Counted from the stretch's first letter, positions 29,599 to 39,023 are shown. The stretch: DNA of 64,000 bases from Novosphingobium sp. (GCA_026400375.1 JAPLPG010000314.1:1763-65762), one strand, 5' to 3'. The notes: generated from the sequence alone by a model not told the origin. Translations and numbers: made by a program.

Positions 29599-32124
29599 AT
29601 GAGATTCACCAAGTATCTGATCCTGAGTTCGGTCGCGGCATCCGCGCTCGCGCCCATGTCCGCCTTTGCCCAGGATGCGGCGCAGGACGCGGGCAGTCCT
29701 GAAGACATCGTCGTTACCGCACGGCGCTCGGACGAAAAGCTCAAGGACGTGCCGGCCGCAGTCACGGTGATCACCGCTGCTGCAATCGCCAATACCGGCG
29801 CGCGCGTCGCGGTCGATTACGTGCAGCTTACTCCCGGCGTCACCATCGTGGCTGGCGTGGTCGAAGCGGGCGACACGCAGATCGCCATCCGCGGCATCAA
29901 CGGCGCGCGTGACGGTGAAAACAACGTCGCGCTGGTGGTCGATGGCGTGCTGAAATCGAACACGGCGCTGCTGGCGCAGGATCAGGGCGCGCTGACCCAG
30001 ATTGAAATCCTCAAAGGTCCGCAGGGCGCCTATTACGGCCGCAGCGCAGTGGCTGGCGCCATCGTGATCTCCACCAAGAAGCCGGGCGACAGCTTTGAAG
30101 TCTCGGGCCGCGCCTCTGCTGCCAACAACAACACCTATTCCGGCGCTGCCGTGGTCAGCGGACCGCTCGGTTCGAACCTGGGCTTCGTGCTGAACGGTGA
30201 ATATGCCACGACCGACGGGTTCTATCGCGATAGCTTCCAGACCAGCGCACGCTATGCCACCACCTATCCGCGCCAGCCCAAGGGTGTCGGCGCCTCGGTC
30301 GATGACAACGAGCGCTACAACATCAACGGGCGCCTGCTGTTCACGCCCAGCACCGACACCGAAATCGACCTGAAGGCCCGCTACAGCCGCCTGAAGGGCT
30401 CGGCGATCGGCTTCAACGCGATCTTCCAGTTGCCGGGGCTTGCCGGCGCGCTGAACGCGCCGGTGTTCAACATCGATGCGAACGATCACCAGTTCGTCTT
30501 CACCCGCAACATCGATCCGGAAAACAACCAGAAGTCGTTCGAAACGTCGGTCCGTCTGTCGCAGACGATCAGCGATTCGATCAAGTTGACCGGCTATGTC
30601 GCCTACAGCAACACCAAGAACGACTTCTACGCCGATGGCACCAGCGGCACCTTCGGCTTCTTCAACAATGAAAGCAGCTGCATCGCCTCGGCCGCCGCGC
30701 TCAAGGGCTTTCCGGTGCAGGCGCCGTTCGGGGTCGATGTCGGCAACCCCAACGTCTTCCTCAACCCCTACTCGCCGGTCACCTGCGATGGCACGCAGTA
30801 CCAGCAGCGCGACCAGAAGGACATCACCGCCGAAGTGCGCCTGGCCGGTGACGCGGGCGATGCGCTGAAGTGGTCGCTCGGGGCCTATTACCTCAACATC
30901 GACCGGTTCAACTGCAACAACCTGGGCGTCGATACCGGCCAGGGCGTGATCCGCCAGTGCTTCACCACCGATGCGCGCAACCGGACAGAGGCGCTGGCGC
31001 AGGATTCGTTCAAGACGAACGTCTACGCGCTGTTCGGCTCGCTCGAATACAAGCCGGACGATCGGCTGACGTTGAGCGCTGCGGCACGGTACGACATCGA
31101 GGATCGCAGCACCGTGAACGGCATCCCGACCGGCCGCCGCACGCGCTGGGTGGGCAACGTGTTGACCGGCAATCCCAACGGAACGGCAACGACACCGGCC
31201 AACTACTTCCTGAATCCCGGCCTTGATCCGGTCTACAATCCCAGCGGCGTGCTTGCCCCGCGCAGTGCCACGTTCAAGCAGATCCAGCCCAAGATCTCGA
31301 TCACCTATGCGGCCACCGACGATATCAGTGTCTATGCCAACTGGGGCATCGGCTTCAAGACTGGCGGCTTCAACAACGCCGGGTCGGCCGCCATCGTCAA
31401 CGGCTTCTTCAATGCCGGGATCGGTTCGGGCATCTCCGTGTTCGACGATTACAAGAAGGAAACGTCCAGCGCCTTCGAAGCCGGCGTGAAAGGAACGGTC
31501 GCGCCGGGCGTCACGTTCGAACTGGCCGGGTACTACACCGACGTGAAGAATTCGCAGTTCTTCGAATTCTTCGTGGGTCCGTTCGGCCTGCTGCGCGTCG
31601 TTTCGAACATCGACAAGGTGCGCTTCAAGGGCGTCGAAGGATCGTTCAACGCGCGCTTGGCGCAGGGTTTTTCCGTTTTCGGATCGGCCAACTACATCGA
31701 TGGCAAGATCAGGAAGAACTCGGCGCGGCCCTATACCGTGGGCAACGACGCGCCGGCCACGTCGAAGTACACCATCAACCTTGGTGCCCAGTATGACGGC
31801 GCACTGACCGACTCCCTCGGCCTGCTGCTGCGCGCCGACTATCGCGTCACCGGGCCGACGAGCTTCCACACCGTTCAGAACAACAATGTTCCGACCATCT
31901 TCGGGCTGGGCGCGAACTACGCCAACAGCCAGCGCGATGCCTTCGGCATTCTGAACCTGCGTGGCGGGTTCAAGGGCGAGAACTGGTCGCTCGTGGCCTT
32001 TGCCAACAATGCCACCAAGAAGCGCTACCTTGCCGAAGTGATCGTCGCGCCCGAATTCGGCGGGGCCTTCGTGGCACCGGCTGCGCTGCGCACCATCGGC
32101 GTTGAGGGCACGTTCAAGTTCTGA
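29599..32124 (+). CDS. TonB-dependent receptor
   Basis: Signal peptide, IVVTARR, IEILKGPQGAYYGR, GFKTGGFN, terminal FKF. Confidence 0.95.
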   Translation: MRFTKYLILSSVAASALAPMSAFAQDAAQDAGSPEDIVVTARRSDEKLKDVPAAVTVITAAAIANTGARVAVDYVQLTPGVTIVAGVVEAGDTQIAIRGINGARDGENNVALVVDGVLKSNTALLAQDQGALTQIEILKGPQGAYYGRSAVAGAIVISTKKPGDSFEVSGRASAANNNTYSGAAVVSGPLGSNLGFVLNGEYATTDGFYRDSFQTSARYATTYPRQPKGVGASVDDNERYNINGRLLFTPSTDTEIDLKARYSRLKGSAIGFNAIFQLPGLAGALNAPVFNIDANDHQFVFTRNIDPENNQKSFETSVRLSQTISDSIKLTGYVAYSNTKNDFYADGTSGTFGFFNNESSCIASAAALKGFPVQAPFGVDVGNPNVFLNPYSPVTCDGTQYQQRDQKDITAEVRLAGDAGDALKWSLGAYYLNIDRFNCNNLGVDTGQGVIRQCFTTDARNRTEALAQDSFKTNVYALFGSLEYKPDDRLTLSAAARYDIEDRSTVNGIPTGRRTRWVGNVLTGNPNGTATTPANYFLNPGLDPVYNPSGVLAPRSATFKQIQPKISITYAATDDISVYANWGIGFKTGGFNNAGSAAIVNGFFNAGIGSGISVFDDYKKETSSAFEAGVKGTVAPGVTFELAGYYTDVKNSQFFEFFVGPFGLLRVVSNIDKVRFKGVEGSFNARLAQGFSVFGSANYIDGKIRKNSARPYTVGNDAPATSKYTINLGAQYDGALTDSLGLLLRADYRVTGPTSFHTVQNNNVPTIFGLGANYANSQRDAFGILNLRGGFKGENWSLVAFANNATKKRYLAEVIVAPEFGGAFVAPAALRTIGVEGTFKF

Positions 32125-32142
32125 TCGGCCGGAGCGCTTACG

Positions 32143-32180
32143 AAAACCGGGTCATGCTGGGGGGCATGGCCCGGTTTTTT
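32143..32180. terminator. Bidirectional rho-independent terminator
   Basis: AAAACCGGGTCATGC / GCATGGCCCGGTTTTTT between convergent genes. Confidence 0.85.
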
Positions 32181-32191
32181 GTGTCTTGCTC

Positions 32192-32941
32192 CTAAAGCGC
32201 GACAGTCAGGCCGCCATCGACGACGATCGTCTGCCCGGTAAGGTAGCTTGCCTTGTCCGAGAGGAGGAAGGCGATCACTTCACCGATTTCCGATGCGTGG
32301 CCTGCGCGGCCCAGCGGCACCGTCGGTTCGGCCGCGGCAAGACCTTCAGGCCCAAGCGAGTTTTCCGCCGAGAGGATCTGGGCGGTGCGGATGAAGCCGG
32401 GCGCCACCGCATTGACCCGCACGTTGTCGCGGGCCAGCGCACAGGCTGCGGCCTTGACCATCCCGGTAATGCCGGCCTTGGCAGCGGAATAATGCCAGTG
32501 ATCGTCCCACCCGACGACGGCTCCGGCGATGGAGGACACGCACACGATCGCACCATGCCCTTTTGCCGCCATTGCCGGTGCTGCCGCCCGGATCAGCCGC
32601 ATCTGGCCCTTCAGGTTCACGTCCAGAACCTCGTCCCACCTGGCGTCGGTCAGGATCGGATAGGCCGCGCGCGGCGCGATGCCGGCGTTGGCCACAAGCG
32701 CTGACAGGCCCCCGAACCGCGCGTCGATATCTGCGATCAGCGCAAGGCAGGCATCGGTGTCGCCGACGTCCAGTTGCGCGAATTCGGCCGAACCGCCCGC
32801 GCTGCGGATTTCGGCGGCGGTCGCCTCGCCCTCCGCAGTCAGAATGTCGCTGACAATGACATGATAGCCCTCGCGGCCAAGAATGCTGGCAGTGGCAGCG
32901 CCAATGCCGATGCCCGCGCCTGAAACCAATGCTGGCTGCAT
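32192..32941 (-). CDS. SDR family oxidoreductase
   Basis: SGAGIGIG, ANAGI, HYSAAK, RVNAVAPG, VDGG. Confidence 0.9.
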   Translation of the reverse strand: MQPALVSGAGIGIGAATASILGREGYHVIVSDILTAEGEATAAEIRSAGGSAEFAQLDVGDTDACLALIADIDARFGGLSALVANAGIAPRAAYPILTDARWDEVLDVNLKGQMRLIRAAAPAMAAKGHGAIVCVSSIAGAVVGWDDHWHYSAAKAGITGMVKAAACALARDNVRVNAVAPGFIRTAQILSAENSLGPEGLAAAEPTVPLGRAGHASEIGEVIAFLLSDKASYLTGQTIVVDGGLTVAL

Positions 32942-33096
32942 GCGGTTGATCCTTTCACGCTGTGCGCGGCACGAATGCCCCTGCTGAAAAGATGCCTGTG
33001 AAGGCCAACGTGAGCAAGACGACTTTCGCAAAAAGGACGCCGAAATGTGCACAAAGCTGCAACTTTCGGCGAATTCAAACTTGCCTTTGCCCTTTG

Positions 33097-33109
33097 TCGG
33101 TATACAATT
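33097..33109. promoter_or_regulatory. Candidate GntR operator (GTATAC-type)
   Basis: TCGGTATACAATT in the divergent SDR / LLM promoter region. Confidence 0.5.
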
Positions 33110-33208
33110 TTGCCATCAGATCGAGGAGACCTGCATGGAAGCGAGTCCGCAGCAGACGCCCGGTGATGGTGCGGCCATCCGGCTTCCTCCGCTGTCGGCG
33201 CTGCACCC

Positions 33209-34273
33209 GTGAAGTTCGGGGTGTTCCTGCCCAACGGCAGCAATGGCTACATCCCGTCGAAGGGCAGCCCGGTCTACCTGCCGACTTACGCGCACAACAA
33301 GGCGATCTCGCTGGAAGCCGAACGGGTCGGGCTCGATTTCGTGCTTTCGATGATGAAATTCAAAGGGTTCGGCGGAGAGACCGGGTATTGGGATGCCTGC
33401 CTGGAAAGCTTTACCCTGATGGCAGCGCTGGCAGCCGATACCACGCGGATCGGCCTGTTTCCCAGCGTTACGCTGCTCAGCGCACACCCGCCGGTCGTCG
33501 CCCGGATGATCGCAACGCTCGACGATATCAGCGAAGGGCGCTGCGGGCTCAATATCGTGACCGGGTGGAACAAGCCCGAATACACGCAGATGGGCCTGTG
33601 GCGCGGCGACGACTACTTCGACCGCCGCTATGACTATGCCCGTGAGTACCTGACGATTCTCAAGGACTTGTGGCGCTCCGGGCAGACATCCTTCAAGGGC
33701 GAGTTCTTCTCGCTCGACGGGTGCAGCGTCTATCCGCAACCGGGGCGTGAAATTCCCATCGTCTGTGCCGGGCAAAGTCCCAAGGGCATCGCCTTCACCG
33801 CCGAAATGGGCGACCAGAACTTCGTCATCGCCCATCCCGAAGCGCTCAAGGCCATTGTCGAGAATGTGCGGGCGGCAACCGCTGCCAACAACCGCAAGGT
33901 CGGCACATACGCGCTGATGCACATGATCGTGGCGCGCACCGATGCCGAGGCCAGGGCGCAGGCCGATGCGATCGTGGCAGGTGCCGATCACGGCGCGATT
34001 GCCAATATCATGGCCAGCGCGGCGATGGACACCAACGCGGGCGGAATTGCCGAACGGCTGAAGTCCGGGCTGTCGCTGGGGCTGGAGGAGGGCAATATGG
34101 CGTTCATGGGCATTCCCGTGCTGTGCGGCAGCCCGGAAACGCTGGCCTTGCGGATCGACGAGATTGCGGCCGAAACCGGGATCGACGGCATGCTGTTCAG
34201 CTGGCCCGATTTCGTCGGCGGGATCACCGATTTTGGCGAACGCGTGATGCCGCTGCTCAAGTGCCGAAGTTGA
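33209..34273 (+). CDS. LLM-class flavin-dependent monooxygenase, RutA-like
   Basis: FGVFLP, GFGGETGYWD..LESFTLMA, NIVTGWNKPEYTQMGLW.GDDYF.RRYDY, CAGQS resemble RutA. Confidence 0.88.
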   Translation: MKFGVFLPNGSNGYIPSKGSPVYLPTYAHNKAISLEAERVGLDFVLSMMKFKGFGGETGYWDACLESFTLMAALAADTTRIGLFPSVTLLSAHPPVVARMIATLDDISEGRCGLNIVTGWNKPEYTQMGLWRGDDYFDRRYDYAREYLTILKDLWRSGQTSFKGEFFSLDGCSVYPQPGREIPIVCAGQSPKGIAFTAEMGDQNFVIAHPEALKAIVENVRAATAANNRKVGTYALMHMIVARTDAEARAQADAIVAGADHGAIANIMASAAMDTNAGGIAERLKSGLSLGLEEGNMAFMGIPVLCGSPETLALRIDEIAAETGIDGMLFSWPDFVGGITDFGERVMPLLKCRS

Positions 34274-34305
34274 GGGGCCGAACCGCCCAGTGAACCGAGC
34301 GAAGG

Positions 34306-35493
34306 ATGGATGTCATGACGACCACGCAGGATCTGAGCACCCAATTCCGCCACGGCGTGCTGCCACAGACGACTTCGGACGAATTTTCGCGTCAGGAGTT
34401 CGTGAAGAGCCTCAAATTCCACCTCGCTTCCAAGGTATCGCTCGGCAACCACGACGCTTATGAGGCGCGGGCCAAGCCGGCGTTCACCAAGGCGAATGGC
34501 ACCGCGCCCGAAACGTATGGCGATATCCGCCGCGCGATGAGCAATGACCCTTACTTCGCCTTCTGGAGCGCGATGCAGCGCAACAGCCAGGAGATGATGT
34601 GGAAATCGGTGCAGATCCCGGTGGAGCGCCAGTTGCCCGAGCTGATCTCGGCGGCCAGCAAGGTGGCAGAATCCGGCGCCACCGGGACGCTGCGGCTGGA
34701 TCCGGATCTGGAAATCCCGCGCTACCACCGCGGGGTGGACATTCACTGCATGCCCGGCGGATATCACACCGAATTCACCGCCGACGATGTGGCCAATGGC
34801 GCGGTCTATGACACGGCGGTGTACATCTATGCGATGGGCCGAATGGGGCCGCTCAACAGCGATATCGGCGATACCACGATCGCGTGGATCAAGGAAAACC
34901 ACCCCGATTTCAAGCCACGGCGCATTCTCGACATGGGTTGCACCGTGGGCCACTCCACGCTCAGCTACTGCGAGGCCTTTCCCGATGCCGAAGTCCATGG
35001 GATCGACGTGGGCGCGCCGGTGCTGCGCTATGCCCACGCCCGTGCCCAGTCGATGGGCAAGACCGTGCATTTCAGCCAGCAGAACGCCGAAAGCACGGAT
35101 TTCGAAGATGGCTTCTTCGACCTCATCGTCAGCCACATCCTGATCCACGAAACCAGCAATTCGGCAATGCGGCGGATCATGCGCGAGTGCAACCGGCTGC
35201 TGACGCCCGGCGGGCTGGTGGTCCATGCCGAAACCCCGCCCTATCGCGATCTGCCCGCCTACGATGCCTTCATGCTCGATTGGGACACGCGCAACAACAA
35301 CGAGCCCTATTGGGGCGCATCGCACGAACTGGTCCCGGCCGATCTTGCGGCGGAAACCGGCTTCGATCCGGAGAAGGCGTTCGAAGCCTATCAGCCCAGC
35401 GCGTTCGAGGCGACCGAGCGGCGCACCAAGGTGTTCCAGGGCGGCGACTTCGGTGGCGGCGGGGCCTGGTGGCTGTGGGGCGTGCAGAAGTAA
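34306..35493 (+). CDS. Class I SAM-dependent methyltransferase with long N-terminal extension
   Basis: RILDMGCTVG, HGIDVG, FDLIVSHILIHE, LLTPGG. Confidence 0.85.
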   Translation: MDVMTTTQDLSTQFRHGVLPQTTSDEFSRQEFVKSLKFHLASKVSLGNHDAYEARAKPAFTKANGTAPETYGDIRRAMSNDPYFAFWSAMQRNSQEMMWKSVQIPVERQLPELISAASKVAESGATGTLRLDPDLEIPRYHRGVDIHCMPGGYHTEFTADDVANGAVYDTAVYIYAMGRMGPLNSDIGDTTIAWIKENHPDFKPRRILDMGCTVGHSTLSYCEAFPDAEVHGIDVGAPVLRYAHARAQSMGKTVHFSQQNAESTDFEDGFFDLIVSHILIHETSNSAMRRIMRECNRLLTPGGLVVHAETPPYRDLPAYDAFMLDWDTRNNNEPYWGASHELVPADLAAETGFDPEKAFEAYQPSAFEATERRTKVFQGGDFGGGGAWWLWGVQK

Positions 35494-35503
35494 GGAACAT
35501 CGG

Positions 35504-35863
35504 ATGGCCGAAAAGATTTCCCTGCAGAAGAAGGCGCGCGGTGAGCGGCCGCAGTATTTCGCCGATCCGGCGATAGACAAGACGCTGGCCATCACGCTGG
35601 CGCTGGCCGGCGAAGTGGCGGTGATGCGTGACCGGATCGACACCATCGAACGGCTGGCCGAGGCGGGCGTCGCCCCGACGCGCGCGGCGGTCGATGCGTA
35701 CAGGCCCGATGCCACGGTCCGGGCCGAACGCGATGCGTGGCGTGACAGCTATCTCGATACTGTGCTGCGGATCGTGCATCAGGAGCGTGAGGAGCTGGAA
35801 CAGCGCGCGGCCGATACCAAACCCTATGCTGCGGTCATCGAGGACGTCAGCGCGGACGATTGA
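35504..35863 (+). CDS. Small helical hypothetical protein, putative methyltransferase partner
   Basis: AAGGA RBS; KARGERPQYFADPAID...LAGEVAVMRDRIDTIERL; 10 nt after the MTase stop. Confidence 0.8.
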   Translation: MAEKISLQKKARGERPQYFADPAIDKTLAITLALAGEVAVMRDRIDTIERLAEAGVAPTRAAVDAYRPDATVRAERDAWRDSYLDTVLRIVHQEREELEQRAADTKPYAAVIEDVSADD

Positions 35864-35877
35864 GTCACACCTTCGCG

Positions 35878-36675
35878 TTACAGGAAGTGGTCGCCGCCAT
35901 TGGGGCTGAGCACCTGCCCCTGGAAATGCCGGCCGGCATCGCTTGCCAGCATCACATAGGACGGCACGATATCGTCCACCTCGGCAAAGTGGCCGATCGG
36001 GATCGCGGCGCGGATGGCGTCCAGCACATCTGCCGGCACGGCATCGAGGATCGGCGTGCGCGTTGCTCCTGGCGCCACGCAGTTCACGCGCACGTCGCGG
36101 CTGCCGATCTCCAGCGCGAGCGACCGCGTGAACGAGATGATCCCGCCCTTGGCCGCGGTATAGGCCGAAAGCCCCGGCGCGCCCTTGTAGGCAAGCTGCG
36201 ATGCGGTGTTGATGATCCGGCCAAAGCCTGCGGCATACATGCCCGGCAGCACGGCGTGCGTGAGCATGAAGGTGCCGCGCAAGTGGACGCCGATCACCCG
36301 GTCCCACGTGGCGACCGGCATGGCCTCGACCAGATCGCCGTGGCCGATCCCGGCATTGTTGACCAGAATGTCGATCCGCCCGGCAGCGCCCAGCGCCGCG
36401 GCAACAAGGCTGCCCACTTCGCGCTCGTCGGAAACGTCGGCCTGCACGCAGATCGCCTGCGAGCCGAGACCGCGGACCTTTTCGGCCACGGCCTCGGCTG
36501 CATCAGCTTCTGCCGCCACCGGATAATTGATGATGACAAAAGCTGCCCCCCCACGGGCGAAGGCTTGCGCCACGCCTGCGCCGATGCCGGACGAACTGCC
36601 CGATATCAGCGCGGTGCGGCCAAGGAGCGGCGATGCGCCAAAGGTGCCTGCCCCAAACGTGTCCGGCATCGTCAC
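35878..36675 (-). CDS. SDR family oxidoreductase (FabG-like)
   Basis: SGSSSGIG, NNAG, YTAAK, VNCVAPG, PNGG. Confidence 0.9.
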   Translation of the reverse strand: MTMPDTFGAGTFGASPLLGRTALISGSSSGIGAGVAQAFARGGAAFVIINYPVAAEADAAEAVAEKVRGLGSQAICVQADVSDEREVGSLVAAALGAAGRIDILVNNAGIGHGDLVEAMPVATWDRVIGVHLRGTFMLTHAVLPGMYAAGFGRIINTASQLAYKGAPGLSAYTAAKGGIISFTRSLALEIGSRDVRVNCVAPGATRTPILDAVPADVLDAIRAAIPIGHFAEVDDIVPSYVMLASDAGRHFQGQVLSPNGGDHFL

Positions 36676-36693
36676 CGCTCCTTCGCAGGCATA

Positions 36694-37092
36694 TCAGACG
36701 AGGACGTTCGCCCCGCTGAAATAGACGTAGACTTCCTGGAACTTGCCATCGCGGATGCGCCAGAAATTGGTGTTGAACAGCCGCGTCACGGTGCCGTCCT
36801 CGGCGGTCAGCACCGCTTCGAAACTGGCGGTGATGCGCCCGTTCTTTTCATCCACCGTGCAGACAAAGTCCTTGTGCACGATATCGGCATAGGCGCCGGT
36901 AAAGCCTTCGAACATCTTGCGGATGGCGGCCTTGCCGGCATGGCGCGTGAATTCGGTCTGCACGCAGAACAGCGCTTCGTCATGGAAGCATTCCAGCGCC
37001 GCATCGATGTCCTTGCGGTCCACGCTGCCGAAATAGCGGATGGTGGCAAGGTCGATCAGCTCTTCGCGGCTGAGGTGTGGTTCGTACTGCAT
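36694..37092 (-). CDS. NTF2/SnoaL-like protein
   Basis: RYFGSVD, CFHDEA, HAGKAAIRKMF, N.NF...DGKF..VYVYFSGAN. Confidence 0.85.
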   Translation of the reverse strand: MQYEPHLSREELIDLATIRYFGSVDRKDIDAALECFHDEALFCVQTEFTRHAGKAAIRKMFEGFTGAYADIVHKDFVCTVDEKNGRITASFEAVLTAEDGTVTRLFNTNFWRIRDGKFQEVYVYFSGANVLV

Positions 37093-37523
37093 CAGGCGTC
37101 CCCTTCCTTGAGCAGGTTGTCACCGCTCATGTAGACATAGACCCGGTGGAACTTGTCGCCCTTCAGGTAAAAACGGTTGCAGTTTTCATAGCGCAGTTCA
37201 TCGCCGCCATGCGGCGTGATCAGCACGGTGAACTGCGAACATACCGAATTGCTGGCAGGATCGGCGGTATGCACGAAATTGCCGTGCCAGATGTCCGAGA
37301 AATCGGCGAACAGCTTGGTGAACATCGCCCGGATCGCGGCCTTGCCATTGTGCACCGTGTTCGAGGTCACTTCGGTCAGGATCGCGTCCTCGGTGAAGCA
37401 GTCCAGCACCTTGTCCATCGCCTTGTTGTCCACGCCATCGAAATAGCGCTTGGTGACGATGTCTATGTAGTAGGGATAAGGCAGCGCGGTCTGCCCGGCT
37501 CCAGCTTCCTGCCATTCGCTCAT
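37092..37523 (-). CDS. NTF2/SnoaL-like protein (paralog of neighbour)
   Basis: RYFDGVD, CFTEDA, HNGKAAIRAMF, NCNRF....KF.RVYVYMSGDN. Confidence 0.85.
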   Translation of the reverse strand: MSEWQEAGAGQTALPYPYYIDIVTKRYFDGVDNKAMDKVLDCFTEDAILTEVTSNTVHNGKAAIRAMFTKLFADFSDIWHGNFVHTADPASNSVCSQFTVLITPHGGDELRYENCNRFYLKGDKFHRVYVYMSGDNLLKEGDA

Positions 37524-37543
37524 TGTGTACTCCTCTGGTGGAA

Positions 37544-38230
37544 TTACTGCTTGCCGAACAGCGCTGCGCGCGCGGTCTCGTCCGGGTTGCCAATCTTCAT
37601 CACGTCGGCCAGCACGGCCATGCCGCGCTGCACCGCCGGCCGGCTTTCGATGGCCGCTGCCCAGCGCTTCACGTTGGGAAAGTCATCGATCTCGATCGCG
37701 TGGAGCGCGCGGATCGTCGGGGCACACCACGGATAGGTCGCCATGTCGGCCAGCGAATAATCGGCACCTGCAAGATACGCGCGGCCGCCCAGCACGCGGT
37801 CCATCACGCCGTAAAGCTTGGCCGTTTCGCCGCAGTAGCGGTTGATGCCATATTCGATCTTTACCGGGGCATAGCTGCGGAAGTGGCCGCACTGGCCGAA
37901 CATCGGGCCGATGTTGGCGCACTGGAAGAACAGCCACTGCATGACCTCCGACCGCGCAATGGCATCGGCAGGCCAGAACCGGCCGGACTTTTCCGCCAGG
38001 TACATCAGGATCGCGCCGGATTCGAACACGCTGTGCACCGCGCCGCCCGGCCCATCATGGTCGACGATCGCCGGAATGCGCGTGTTGGGGCTAAGCGCGG
38101 CAAATTCAGGGGTGTGCTGTTCCCCGCCCAGAATGTTCACCGGCTTTACCGTGTAGGCAAGGCCCATTTCCTCAAGCGCGATCGTGGCCTTGTGGCCGTT
38201 CGGCGTGGGCCAGTAATAAAGGTCGATCAT
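37544..38230 (-). CDS. Glutathione S-transferase, Nu class (YfcG-like)
   Basis: MIDLYYWPTPNGHK, SPNTRIPAIVD, FESGAIL, GPMFGQ..HF, RPAVQRG. Confidence 0.9.
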   Translation of the reverse strand: MIDLYYWPTPNGHKATIALEEMGLAYTVKPVNILGGEQHTPEFAALSPNTRIPAIVDHDGPGGAVHSVFESGAILMYLAEKSGRFWPADAIARSEVMQWLFFQCANIGPMFGQCGHFRSYAPVKIEYGINRYCGETAKLYGVMDRVLGGRAYLAGADYSLADMATYPWCAPTIRALHAIEIDDFPNVKRWAAAIESRPAVQRGMAVLADVMKIGNPDETARAALFGKQ

Positions 38231-38961
38231 GCGCCCGCTGCTTTGCGAAGCGCAAGGCAGGCGGCCACGGCGGCCTGGCACGCGGCGGCGCTGTCGTCGC
38301 CCTCGAACGGCTTGTTGTAATGCGATTGCACCGAGGGACGCTGGATCGCCTCGTCAAACCAGGCGGAAAGCGTAGGCCGCCCATCGCGCCAGTTGAAGTT
38401 CGGGTGGATCGGGTCCTTGGCCTCGTAGAATTCGGCGCGAAAACCAAGGTAGCTGATGGCGTGGAGCATGGCGGCGTGGCCGACATCGAAATCGTCCCAC
38501 CCTTGCTGCGCATCACGCTCCAGTGAATCCAGCCCGGCGATGAACTTGGGCCAGAGCCATTCGAATAGGCCCATGTTCCACTGCTCTTTCGGCTTCCACT
38601 GCTCCATCACCATCTGCACGGTGGCCTCGAAGATCGTGTCGGAAAGTGATAGCCGCCGCAGCGCGTCCCACCGCTTGGGGCCTGGCGCGGGATACATCTT
38701 GCGGGCAGTGGCGATGCTGTCGAGATATTCGCAGATGGCCTGGCTGCTGAAAATCACCTCGCCTTCATCGGTGACGAGCGTCGGCACCTTGTCCAGAGGA
38801 TTGAGCGGGCTGATGTCGTAGCTGTCGCCGCAATCTTCGCCCTGGTTGTTCTTGAACGGGAACGTCGCGATCCGTTCGAGCCGATCCCAGTGGCCGCATT
38901 CGTGCGCGGTCACGAGTACCTTGTGAACGAAGGTGTGGAAAGGCGAATAGAACAGTCTCAT
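38227..38961 (-). CDS. Atypical GST-fold protein
   Basis: MRLFYSP, NPLDKVPTL, SSQAICEYLD, RPSV. Confidence 0.8.
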   Translation of the reverse strand: MRLFYSPFHTFVHKVLVTAHECGHWDRLERIATFPFKNNQGEDCGDSYDISPLNPLDKVPTLVTDEGEVIFSSQAICEYLDSIATARKMYPAPGPKRWDALRRLSLSDTIFEATVQMVMEQWKPKEQWNMGLFEWLWPKFIAGLDSLERDAQQGWDDFDVGHAAMLHAISYLGFRAEFYEAKDPIHPNFNWRDGRPTLSAWFDEAIQRPSVQSHYNKPFEGDDSAAACQAAVAACLALRKAAGA

Positions 38962-39023
38962 GGCCAAATTCCTTTCGCCGCATGGTTCTTCCTATTGCGC
39001 CCATTGTCAAGGCGGTGTTAGTA

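Noticed and set aside
33209-34273. Assigning gene symbols rutA, abfD, hmgL, citE, nicF or lvr
   Set aside because: Family membership is clear but context and residue changes leave orthology unproven
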